DNA of 64,000 nucleotides from assembly GCA_963790305.1 (NCBI GenBank), contig CAWBOC010000009.1, forward strand, positions 608,001 to 672,000. Reading direction: 5' to 3'. The stretch is from an uncultured Gemmatimonadaceae bacterium. Its GTDB lineage: Bacteria > Gemmatimonadota > Gemmatimonadetes > Gemmatimonadales > Gemmatimonadaceae. Both the position numbers and the translations under genes were made by a program. The notes beneath the pieces were generated by a model that was given only the letters and a program-made list of their open reading frames with translations, was not told the origin of the DNA and did not search any database. The first letter of the stretch is position 1. The number at the start of each line of letters is the position of its first letter. Of the stretch, positions 13,252 to 22,112 are shown piece by piece.

Positions 13252-14118
13252 ATGGTTCGCGCGCTGCGCGCCCCCGCGGTGCGTCGTACGCTGCTCGTCA
13301 TCCTGGTTCTCAATCTCTTCGTCGTCGTGATCAAGGTGATCGTCGGCGTACGCACGAACTCGCTGTCGGTGCTGGGCGCCGCGCTCGAATCGTCGCTCGA
13401 CCTCATCAATAACATCGTCGGGATCGCGCTCGTGAGGCTCGCCGCCATCGAGCCTGACGAGGACCATCCGTACGGCCATGGAAAGTTCGAGACGGTGGGC
13501 GCCCTCGGCATCGTCGTGTTTCTCTCGATTACGTGCTTCGAGCTGCTTCGCGAGGGCGTGCTCAGCGTCATGCGCGGACGTGAGCCGCGCCCGCCGTCGG
13601 TGCTCGAGCTCTCCGCCATTGCGGCGACGATGGTGATCAACCTCTTCGTCGTGTGGTACGAACGGCGGCGTGCGACTCAGCTGGGGAGCTCGTTTCTCAT
13701 GGCCGATGCCGCGCACACGCAGAGCGACATCTACGTAACCCTGGCCGCAGTGGGCTCGCTCATCCTCACGCGCGCCGGCTGGGGCTTTGTCGATCCGATC
13801 CTCGCCATCATCGTGGCGCTGATCATCGCGTGGCACGGGTACGAGATCGTGCGGTCGACGGTGCCCGTGCTGGTCGATGCACGGGCGGTCGACGCGGCGG
13901 AGATCCGCCGGCTCGTCTCAGCGATCCCCCGCGTCGTCGATGTGCGCTCGGTCCGATCGCGGGCCAGCGCGTCGGGAGCCGTGCTGGCGGAGGTGACGAT
14001 CGTCGTCGACGGCGACATCAGTGTCTCGGACGCACACGCGGTGATGGATGCGGTAGAGGAACGGATCGCCGCGGAACTCGGCGCCTCCGAGGTGCACGTG
14101 CACGTCGAGCCCGTGTGA
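13252..14118 (+). CDS. Cation diffusion facilitator (FieF-like) metal transporter
   Basis: PDEDHPYGHGKFE, ADAAHTQSD, six TM segments, C-terminal HVHVEP. Confidence 0.93.
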   Translation: MVRALRAPAVRRTLLVILVLNLFVVVIKVIVGVRTNSLSVLGAALESSLDLINNIVGIALVRLAAIEPDEDHPYGHGKFETVGALGIVVFLSITCFELLREGVLSVMRGREPRPPSVLELSAIAATMVINLFVVWYERRRATQLGSSFLMADAAHTQSDIYVTLAAVGSLILTRAGWGFVDPILAIIVALIIAWHGYEIVRSTVPVLVDARAVDAAEIRRLVSAIPRVVDVRSVRSRASASGAVLAEVTIVVDGDISVSDAHAVMDAVEERIAAELGASEVHVHVEPV

Positions 14119-14231
14119 GACTTGCGGAGTATTAGTGCTGTATTGCGGCTAAATGCTGGCGTAATCGATACTTGCGCGTCTTCAAACCCCGTCTAGGTTA
14201 GGAGCGTCGTCCCCACCCGCAGCCATCGTCA

Positions 14232-14996
14232 ATGGCCCAACGCCTCCAATCGCTGCAACACGAATACACGCTCTTCGTGGAGCAGGAGATCGAGCACTAC
14301 AAAGAGTCGGTGTCCCGGGGAATTCTCCTCGGAATCGGCGACGAGGCGGTTCAAATGTTGGCGACGCAGCAACAGCTTGCGCTCACCGAGCTCATTCTGT
14401 GCGACGAGGTCGATCGCATCATCAAGGCTCGGCTCCGTCTCCCGAGCTATCAGACATGGCGACGGCGCCGGCTTCGCGCGATCAAGGACTACTCGCGTCC
14501 GGAGCGCTGGGGCTTGAGCCCGAACGAGCCGCTCGTGCGCGAAGTCCCGACGACCTCCGATGGCCACGTCCTCGTCGCGGGAGCGGCGGCCGAGGGGCCG
14601 GCGCTCTACCTGGCGGCACGAGGGTGCGCGGTTACGTCGGTCGAGTCGGAGGAAGAGGTCGTCGAGAAGGTGATCAGCTGCGCGGTCGAAGTCGGACTCA
14701 CCGGGCGCATTCGCGGCTTCGTCTCCGATCTCGGCGTGTGGCGTCCCGACATCCCGCTCAATGCCGTGGTGTGCACGCCGGCGGCATTTGGCGGGCTCTC
14801 CGACAGCGAGCGGGCGCACGTCATTACGCTGCTTCAGAATGCGACCGCCGATGGCGGCGTCCACCTCGTCCAGACGCTCGTCGCGGGCCGGCGAGCGTTG
14901 TCGATCGAGGAGCTGCGGCAGCGATACTTGGGGTGGACCGTCGAGCTACAGGACGACGAGCGCGAGACTTTTCTGGCTCGGAAGGCGGTCGCCTGA
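14232..14996 (+). CDS. Hypothetical protein; C-terminal class I SAM-methyltransferase-like fold
   Basis: Clean 254-aa ORF; VLVAGAAAEGPALYLAARGCAVTSVE resembles a degenerate motif I region. Confidence 0.6.
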   Translation: MAQRLQSLQHEYTLFVEQEIEHYKESVSRGILLGIGDEAVQMLATQQQLALTELILCDEVDRIIKARLRLPSYQTWRRRRLRAIKDYSRPERWGLSPNEPLVREVPTTSDGHVLVAGAAAEGPALYLAARGCAVTSVESEEEVVEKVISCAVEVGLTGRIRGFVSDLGVWRPDIPLNAVVCTPAAFGGLSDSERAHVITLLQNATADGGVHLVQTLVAGRRALSIEELRQRYLGWTVELQDDERETFLARKAVA

Positions 14997-15117
14997 CGTA
15001 GAACGACACAAATTCTACGATTCTAGACGTGTCGGAGTGCAACACCGGAGGCATCACCGGTGTTGTTGTGTTTTTAGAACTCGCTATTTGACAATGAGTT
15101 ACAGAATGGGAACGAAA

Positions 15118-15134
15118 CGGCACGTGGGGTGCTT
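15118..15134 (+). promoter_or_regulatory. sigma54 (-24/-12) promoter
   Basis: cGGCACGtgggGTGCTt, GG-N10-GC spacing; AT-rich tract and GTGT-N9-ACAC inverted repeat (15029-15045) upstream. Confidence 0.65.
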
Positions 15135-15206
15135 GTACGGTACGCGCCCGTGGGCATCAGGGCGCGCCCCGACCGTTCCGGGGCGCTCATTACATCGAGG
15201 TGTGGG

Positions 15207-15356
15207 ATGGCCAAGACGAAGCGCATTCACGCAGTGGACGAGCCGCGCGGCATCGTGATCTCTCGCGGCTCGCGCGAGGAGCCGCCGCCGACGTTCAGCG
15301 TCTACGTGTGGGGACCAGCGCCTGAGCCGGAGCCGTCCGATTCGAAGGCCGCGTAA
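15207..15356 (+). CDS. Small hypothetical protein, 49 aa
   Basis: GAGG RBS, then MAKTKRIHAVDEPRGIVISRGSREEPPPTFSVYVWGPAPEPEPSDSKAA; sits behind the sigma54 site. Confidence 0.6.
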   Translation: MAKTKRIHAVDEPRGIVISRGSREEPPPTFSVYVWGPAPEPEPSDSKAA

Positions 15357-15419
15357 CGAATTCCGCACGACCGCGAGCGCCGGGAGCAACCAGCTTCCGG
15401 CGCTCTTTCATTTCAGGGT

Positions 15420-16472
15420 ATGCCGCTTGCCCATGACGTGTGCGTGCACGACACCTCCGAGGACTGGGAAGGACAGCGCCGTGCGCTGCTCTCCCAGCGC
15501 ATCTCCGAGCTTGGGTTGTCGATCCGTGGGACGCTCGTGGAGCAGCTCGTGGAGCGATTGTACCGCGAGCTCGACGAGCGTGGCCTCGCCTTTCGTCCGC
15601 CCGTGTATCTCAGCGACCAGTGGGGCTGTCCCGACGGCACGCCGCTCATCGGAGTCCCCTTCTACCTCGCCGACCCGCGCCTAACGAAGATCGAGGAGGA
15701 GATGGCGGTCGACGTGGAAGGGGAGCTCGACGCGATGCGCTATCTCCGCCACGAGGCAGGGCACGCGTTCAACTATGCGTACCGTCTCTACGAGCGCGCG
15801 GACTGGCATGCCCTGTTCGGTCCGTACTCCCGTCCCTACCGCGAACGCTACCGCGCGGATCCGTTTTCGCGGGAGCACGTGCGTCACATCCTCGGCTGGT
15901 ATGCACAGAAGCACCCGGACGAAGACTTCGCGGAAAGCTTCGCCGTCTGGCTTACGCCCGGCCTCGACTGGCGGGCGGAATACGCCGGCTGGCCCGCGCT
16001 CGCCAAGCTCGAGTACGTCGACACGGTGATGCGCGAGGTGGGCTCGACCATTCCCATCGTTCCCGCACCCACCGATGACGACCTTCCGGTGGAGGCGATG
16101 CACTACACCATCGAAGAGCACTATCGATCGGCCGAGGAGCGCCTTCCCATCGAGGATGAGCGCCATTTCGATGGAGACCTCCGCACGATCTTCGCGTCGT
16201 CGGCCGACGCCCCGCAGGGAGAGCGTGCGCCGGAATTCCTGCGGCGGCACCGGCGTGAGATCGTCAGGCGCATTGCGTACTGGACGGGCGAGAGCGTCAC
16301 GATTCTGCGGGCGTTCATCGATTTCCTGGCCACCCGCGCCGACTTCCTCGACTTGCGTGTCTCGGGGCTCGAGGCCGCGACGCTCATCGAGCTGACCTCC
16401 TTCGGCACCGCCGTCATGATGAACTACCGCTACACGCGCGCGTTAGGCCGTCGCAAGCGAGCCGACCAATGA
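15420..16472 (+). CDS. Putative zinc-binding (zincin-like) metallopeptidase
   Basis: LRHEAGHA (HExxH) and YAQKHPDEDFAESFAVWL. Confidence 0.85.
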   Translation: MPLAHDVCVHDTSEDWEGQRRALLSQRISELGLSIRGTLVEQLVERLYRELDERGLAFRPPVYLSDQWGCPDGTPLIGVPFYLADPRLTKIEEEMAVDVEGELDAMRYLRHEAGHAFNYAYRLYERADWHALFGPYSRPYRERYRADPFSREHVRHILGWYAQKHPDEDFAESFAVWLTPGLDWRAEYAGWPALAKLEYVDTVMREVGSTIPIVPAPTDDDLPVEAMHYTIEEHYRSAEERLPIEDERHFDGDLRTIFASSADAPQGERAPEFLRRHRREIVRRIAYWTGESVTILRAFIDFLATRADFLDLRVSGLEAATLIELTSFGTAVMMNYRYTRALGRRKRADQ

Positions 16473-17449
16473 AGATCGCGCTACTGCACACCCGCGAGGC
16501 CGCCGAGCCACCGACCGATCCGGTGCTCGGCCAGCTCTCGGATACACTCGCCCGACTGGGGCACGAGGTGCAGCCGGTGGAGGTCGACAAGCGTGTCGAG
16601 CCGCTGGTCAGCGCGCTCCGGCGGTGGGAGCCGGACCTCATCGTCAACATCGCCGAGTCCTTTCAAGGCAAGAGCTCGCTGGAGTCGAACGTCGCCGCAC
16701 TGCTCAATCTCATGGGAATGCGATACACGGGCTCGAGCCCGGCGGGCCTGATCCTCGCGGGCGACAAGATCCTCGCGAAGAAGATGCTCACCTTTCACGG
16801 CATCACGACACCGCGCTTCGCCACGATCTATCGCGGGGCACTCGATTGGGTCGAGGAGCTGCACTTCCCCGTGATCGTGAAGCCACCGCAGGAGGATGCG
16901 TCGGTCGGCCTCACGAGTGCCTCAGTCGTGCGCGACCTCAAGCAGCTCCTCGAGCAGATGGATGCGCTGCAGAGCGAGTTCGAGCAGCCAGTCCTGGTCG
17001 AGGAATTCATCGAGGGGCGGGAGTTCTACGTCGGCGTGCTGGGCAACGCGAACGCCCGAGCGCTCCCGGTGATCGAGCTCGATTTCTCGAAGTTTCCGAA
17101 GGACCGGCCGCGAATGGCGAGCTGGGAAGCGAAGTGGGGTGACGACGAAGGCGGCGGAGCGGAGTTCGAAGGCACGAAGTCGATCTTTCCCGACGATCTC
17201 TCCGAGGAGCTCACCGAGCGTGTGCACAAGGTCGCTGTCGATGCCTTTCACGCGCTGCGACTGCGCGACTACGGGCGGATCGACCTCCGGGTGAATGACG
17301 CCGGCGAGGTCTTCGTGATCGAGGTGAACCCCAACTGCTATCTCGAGCGGGAGAGCGAGTTCGCGCGGGCCGCGGCACACGGAGGTCTCCAGTACGATGC
17401 GCTCATCGAGCGCATCGTCGAGCTCGCCGCCGCTCGTTATGCGCGTTAG
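16469..17449 (+). CDS. ATP-grasp ligase, D-Ala-D-Ala ligase-like
   Basis: YTGSSPAGL, DKILAK, FPVIVKP, LVEEFIEGRE, RIDLR, IEVNPN; 4-nt overlap with the peptidase gene. Confidence 0.9.
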   Translation: MKIALLHTREAAEPPTDPVLGQLSDTLARLGHEVQPVEVDKRVEPLVSALRRWEPDLIVNIAESFQGKSSLESNVAALLNLMGMRYTGSSPAGLILAGDKILAKKMLTFHGITTPRFATIYRGALDWVEELHFPVIVKPPQEDASVGLTSASVVRDLKQLLEQMDALQSEFEQPVLVEEFIEGREFYVGVLGNANARALPVIELDFSKFPKDRPRMASWEAKWGDDEGGGAEFEGTKSIFPDDLSEELTERVHKVAVDAFHALRLRDYGRIDLRVNDAGEVFVIEVNPNCYLERESEFARAAAHGGLQYDALIERIVELAAARYAR

Positions 17450-17468
17450 CGGGTGATCGAATGCGCAA

Positions 17469-17492
17469 AGGGCCGGCGACGTCGCCGGCCCT
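17469..17492. terminator. Hairpin between convergent genes
   Basis: AGGGCCGGCGAC/GTCGCCGGCCCT inverted repeat with a short T tail on the minus strand. Confidence 0.6.
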
Positions 17493-17509
17493 CATGCTCC
17501 ACCAGGTGC

Positions 17510-17626
17510 CTACATCTTCCGGCGCGAGCGCTTCCGGGTGGCCTTCCGAGCGCCGCCCTTCTTGCGTGCGGACTTGCGGGTCGATTTCCGAGCACCCTTT
17601 CTCGCGCCCTTTTTCCTTGCAGGCAT
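17510..17626 (-). CDS. 38-aa Lys/Arg-rich basic protein (histone H1/protamine-like), absent from ORF track
   Basis: GGAGAAG RBS; MPARKKGARKGARKSTRKSARKKGGARKATRKRSRRKM; downstream hairpin. Confidence 0.8.
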   Translation of the reverse strand: MPARKKGARKGARKSTRKSARKKGGARKATRKRSRRKM

Positions 17627-17711
17627 TGGTTCTTCTCCGTTGAAGGAGTGAGGGAACCGCCGATCCCCCGGTGGATCGACGAGTGTGGCGGGTCTGCGGC
17701 CCGCCCACGTC

Positions 17712-19107
17712 TCAGACGGCGTCGGACAGGCTCGTGAAGTTGAAGTCCCGCACCTTGATCGGTGGCATGACCACGGCGCCGCCAGCCTCCGTGCCCGCCA
17801 CGCGCATCGGCCGCCCCAGCATCTCCAGGTTGTTCAGCATGAACAGCGGCGACTCGTTGAACCGCAGATTGCGAATCGCCTTGGCGATCTTTCCGTTCTC
17901 GATGAGGAAGGTGCCATCGCGCGTGAGCCCCGTGTAGAGCACGGTGCGCGGGTCGACCTCGCGAAGATACCAGAGTCTCGTCACGAGAACGCCGCGCGGG
18001 GTGGAGCGAATCATGTCATCGAGAGAGGCCGTGCCCCCGAGCATCTTCACCGAGCTCGGGAATCCCGTGGGGGTGGTGTTGCTCTTCTGCGCCCAGAAGC
18101 GCGAGTAGTACAGCTGCTTCAGGACGCCGTTCTCGATCCAGACCTGGCGCCCCAACGGCAGCCCGTCGCCGTCGTACGGCTGGGCCAGCAGGTCCGGGTC
18201 GGTGGGATCGGAGATGAGCGTGACCCGCGAGTCCACCAGCTTTTCTCCGATCTTGTTGCCGCCGCCCTGCTTCACGAATGGGCTGCGGCCTTCATCGGCC
18301 GAGCGCGCATCGGCGTAGAACACCAGCAGCTGGACGAGATCAGCCACCGCCTGCGGCTCCAGAATCACCGTGTACCGCCCCGGCTCGATCGCGACCGGAC
18401 TGCGCGAGAGACGCGCCTTGTCGATGGCGCGCTTGCTCACTTCGGCGAAGTCGATCTTCGACCAGTCGTTGTCATCGGCGCCGACCCACCCGGAGCCGGT
18501 GCCATCCGACGTACGGACGGTGAGCGTGTAGTTCGCGGTGGTGGACCGGTGATACGCGAACTGGCCCGCCTTGTTACCGATGGCGTTGGACTGCGCCGAG
18601 GTGACGATGTAGCCGGCGGCCGCAAGATCTTTCGCGTCACGAGCAGGGCCTAACGCGGTCAGGGCCGCGCGCGCGCGATCATCGGGAGTCAGATTCGCCG
18701 TCCCGTCGAACCAGCCGTTGACCGTCGAGTATTGCTGAGCGCCAAGCGGCGGCATCGACTCGGGGTCGTCGGGCGCGAGACGCGCCAGGACCTCGGACTG
18801 CTCGACCGTTCGCCGCAACGACGCATCGGAAAGATCATTGGTCGTCACGGCAGCGTGCTTGGGACCGAACGCGCTCTCGATGACGACGTTCGCGTTGGTC
18901 ACGCCGCCCGACGTCGTCATCTGGTTGGCGGCGAAGCGGACGTTGCCCTGGTAGTTGCTGTCGATGGTCGACGCGGACCGACTCGGCCTTCGAGAATCCG
19001 ATCGCCCGCGCGACGATCGCCTGGGCTTCCTCGCGCGTCAGGATGTTTGCGTTGGCCTCGGCAGCAGGGCGAGGCGTCGCGGGAATCAACCGCTTCGGCG
19101 CGCTCAC
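17712..19107 (-). CDS. TldE/PmbA-type subunit, copy 2 (frameshift near 18970)
   Basis: PGRYTVILEP, TGLTRDGTFLIENG, NLRFNESP; N-terminus lies in ORF 18835..19107; no HExxxH. Confidence 0.88.
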
Positions 19108-20738
19108 GCTTTCCTCCCCGTATTGATCACGTTGATCTGACGGAAACGCGCCGGCGGGCAGCCGTGGCTGACCGCGTTGATCTGCGGCGGCTGGCCCTTG
19201 CCGTCGAAGAAGCTGGCCCCGAGCTCGTAGCTGCGCCGCCCGCCGATCATGTCCATGGAATTCCAGAAGTCGGTCGTCTTCATCTGATAGGCGACGTCCT
19301 TCAGCTGGCCGACGATCTTGCCGCCGCGGATCTCGTGGAAGACCTGCCCGCCGAACTGCGCGTTGTACCGCTGCTGATCGATGGAGAAGGACCCATCTCC
19401 GACGATCGCGATGCCGCGGTCGGTCTCGGCGATGATCTCATCCCAGCCGATGTCACGCTCGCCCGGCAGGAGCGAGACGTTCGGCATGCGCTGGAACTGC
19501 ACGCTCGCCCAGGAGTCGCCGTTGGAGCAGCCGTGCGACCGTGGTGTGACGTTCTGCTGGTCGTACCACCACTTCAGCCAGTTGGCCTGCTCACGCGTGG
19601 TCTGATAGTCGTTGAAGACGCCGTTCTTGACGATGAGGAAATCCTCGGGCTTCACGCCTTCGTCGTCATAGCCGATCGTGGCGCAGGCGCCCGGCTGTGA
19701 GCGATCGCCCTGCACGTTCATGAATGCGGGACCGTACTTGAGCTTGCCGAGCATCTTCTCCGGCGGCGCAATGAACGACGTGCCGGCGTAGTTGGCTTCG
19801 TAACCGAGCGCGCGGTCGAGCTCGGTGGGGTGCCCGATGGATTCGTGAATCGTGAGCCACAGATGCGACGGGTGGAGGATGAGATCGTATTTCCCCACCT
19901 CCACCGGCTTCGCCTTGAGCTTCGCAGCCGCCTCTTCCGCCCATTTCGGCGCATTGCCGACGAGGTCCTGGGCAATGACGTATTCGTAGCCGCGCCCAGC
20001 AGGCTGCACGACGCTCGACCGATTCTGGAAGTCCGAGAAGTCCGGCGCGACGGCGGTGATCTGCATCGGCACCCAGCTGCGGATGAGCGTCTGATCGATG
20101 AGCGATCCCTCGGTGCTGGCGAAGTGCCGGTCTTCCTTGACGAAGTACATCACACTGAAGACGTACTTCACCGTCGGCACCTTGAGCGCTTCGGCGTTGG
20201 CGCGCAGCAGCAGATCGACCTTCTGCTCGATCGGTACGGTCCAGGGGTCGATCTCGTAGCTGCTCTTCCAGGTGACGTTGCGATGCACTTCGGTTGGCGC
20301 CATCTCGACCGGCCGATCGCGCGCGATGCGGCTCGCTTTCGCGATCGCGACCGCCTCGCGTGCCGCCGATGCGACTCCATCGGCCGTGAGCGTGCGCGTG
20401 GCGCCAAACCCCCAGGTACCATCGACGAGCGCGCGAACGCCGCAGCCGATGGAATCGGTATCCACGACGTTGATGATCTGCTGCTCGCGCGTGACGATGA
20501 AGTTGTTCCGGTATTGGCCAATGCGGACGTCGGCGTACCCGGCGCCCGCATCACGAGCGGCGTCGAGCGCTCGCATCATGAGCTCGCGCGTCGGAACTTC
20601 GACATCCCGCGGTGGCGTTGGTTGCGTCGTCGGCGTCGGCGCCGGCACGGTTGCCGGGCCACCGCTCGCACAGGCGCCAGTCCAGAGCGCTGCCGCGGCG
20701 AGCGAGCCGTGCTTGAGGAAGTCTCGGCGGTCAGTCAT
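19104..20738 (-). CDS. tldD: TldD metalloprotease, copy 2, with Tat/lipoprotein signal
   Basis: DRRDFLK...TGAC signal; YADVR, HESIGHPTELD, QRMPNV, SHGCP. Confidence 0.92.
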   Translation of the reverse strand: MTDRRDFLKHGSLAAAALWTGACASGGPATVPAPTPTTQPTPPRDVEVPTRELMMRALDAARDAGAGYADVRIGQYRNNFIVTREQQIINVVDTDSIGCGVRALVDGTWGFGATRTLTADGVASAAREAVAIAKASRIARDRPVEMAPTEVHRNVTWKSSYEIDPWTVPIEQKVDLLLRANAEALKVPTVKYVFSVMYFVKEDRHFASTEGSLIDQTLIRSWVPMQITAVAPDFSDFQNRSSVVQPAGRGYEYVIAQDLVGNAPKWAEEAAAKLKAKPVEVGKYDLILHPSHLWLTIHESIGHPTELDRALGYEANYAGTSFIAPPEKMLGKLKYGPAFMNVQGDRSQPGACATIGYDDEGVKPEDFLIVKNGVFNDYQTTREQANWLKWWYDQQNVTPRSHGCSNGDSWASVQFQRMPNVSLLPGERDIGWDEIIAETDRGIAIVGDGSFSIDQQRYNAQFGGQVFHEIRGGKIVGQLKDVAYQMKTTDFWNSMDMIGGRRSYELGASFFDGKGQPPQINAVSHGCPPARFRQINVINTGRKA

Positions 20739-22112
20739 TTACACCGCGTCACTGAGGCTGGTGAAGTTGAAGTCGCGCACTTTGAGGGGCGGGACAACCA
20801 CCGCGACGCCCGGGCTGCCGCTCTCCGACGCGCTCACGCGCACAGGGCGTCCCATGGCTTCGACGTTGTTCAGCATGAAGATCGGCGACTCGTTGAAGCG
20901 CAGATTCTTCACAGCGTTCGTGATCTTGCCGTTCTCGATGAGGAAGGTGCCGTCGCGCGTGAGACCGGTGACGAGCAGTACGCGCGGATCCACCTGGCGG
21001 ATGTACCAGAAGCGGGTCACGAGAATTCCGCGCTGCGTGGACGCGATCAGCTCCTCGATCGTCGCCGTGCCGCCGCTCATCGAGAGCGATGCCACGAATG
21101 GAATAGGCTGCTTCCCACTCTTCTGCGCCCAGAACCGATCGTATGCGAGGTTGCGGACCACACCGTTCTCGATCCACACCGTGCGCGCCGTCGGAATTCC
21201 CTCGTTACTGAACGTGTTCGCCGGCGCCTCCGGATCGAGAGGGTCGGACACGATCGTCACACGCTCGTCGACGATCTTCATTCCGATCTTGTTGCCGCCG
21301 CCCTGCTTCGAGAAGAAGGAGCGTCCCTCGTCCGCGTTTCGTGCGTTGAGGGCGAAGCCCATGTTCTGCACGAGATTGCCAACCGCGGTGGGCTCGAGCA
21401 CGACGGTGTAGCGGCCCGGCTCAATCGCGACGGCGGACGCCGAGCGGCGGGCTTTCTCGATGGCGCGCGCGCCGAGCTCGGCGGGACGGAGGCGCGACCA
21501 GTCGTGATGTGCAGCGCCGGCCCAACCAGAGCCATTGCCGTCAGGAGTGCGCACCGTCGTTGTGAGCGCGGCCCCGGTGCCACGGGCGTACGCGAACAGT
21601 CCCTTCGAGTTCGCGACGGCGAACGAGCCGGCGTTCGTTTCGAGGTAGCCGGTACCATGCAATCCCGCGTCGCGCGTCGCCTGTGTGATGGCGCGAACGG
21701 CATCGGCACGGGCAACGGGATCGAGCGAGGCGGTCGTATCGCTCCAGGAGCGCGAGTCCGCGTACTGTTGTGGCTCGAGCTCGCCCATCTCCTCCGGATC
21801 TTCCGGCGCGAGCTTCGCGAGCCGCTCCGAAGTCTCGACGGCATAACGGAGCCCGGCGTCGTCGAGCTTGTTCGTGGTGACGTTCGCACTGCGCTTTCCG
21901 AACAGGCTGCGCACCGTGACCGTCGTGTTGAAGTCGTCGCCGCCGGTCGAGATCTGGTTGACCGCGAAGCGCGTGTTGCCGCGACTTCCGCTCTGCAACG
22001 TGACTCGCGTCGCATCCGCAGTGGCGAGCGCAAGCGCTCGCTTCGCCAACGCTTCCGCCTCGGCGCGACTGAGGTAGCGCGCCGGCTCGAGGAGTGAACG
22101 GGGAGCGCTCAC
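20739..22112 (-). CDS. TldE/PmbA-type subunit, copy 1
   Basis: TRFAVNQI, PGRYTVVLEP, TGLTRDGTFLIENG; no signal peptide, no HExxxH. Confidence 0.9.
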   Translation of the reverse strand: MSAPRSLLEPARYLSRAEAEALAKRALALATADATRVTLQSGSRGNTRFAVNQISTGGDDFNTTVTVRSLFGKRSANVTTNKLDDAGLRYAVETSERLAKLAPEDPEEMGELEPQQYADSRSWSDTTASLDPVARADAVRAITQATRDAGLHGTGYLETNAGSFAVANSKGLFAYARGTGAALTTTVRTPDGNGSGWAGAAHHDWSRLRPAELGARAIEKARRSASAVAIEPGRYTVVLEPTAVGNLVQNMGFALNARNADEGRSFFSKQGGGNKIGMKIVDERVTIVSDPLDPEAPANTFSNEGIPTARTVWIENGVVRNLAYDRFWAQKSGKQPIPFVASLSMSGGTATIEELIASTQRGILVTRFWYIRQVDPRVLLVTGLTRDGTFLIENGKITNAVKNLRFNESPIFMLNNVEAMGRPVRVSASESGSPGVAVVVPPLKVRDFNFTSLSDAV

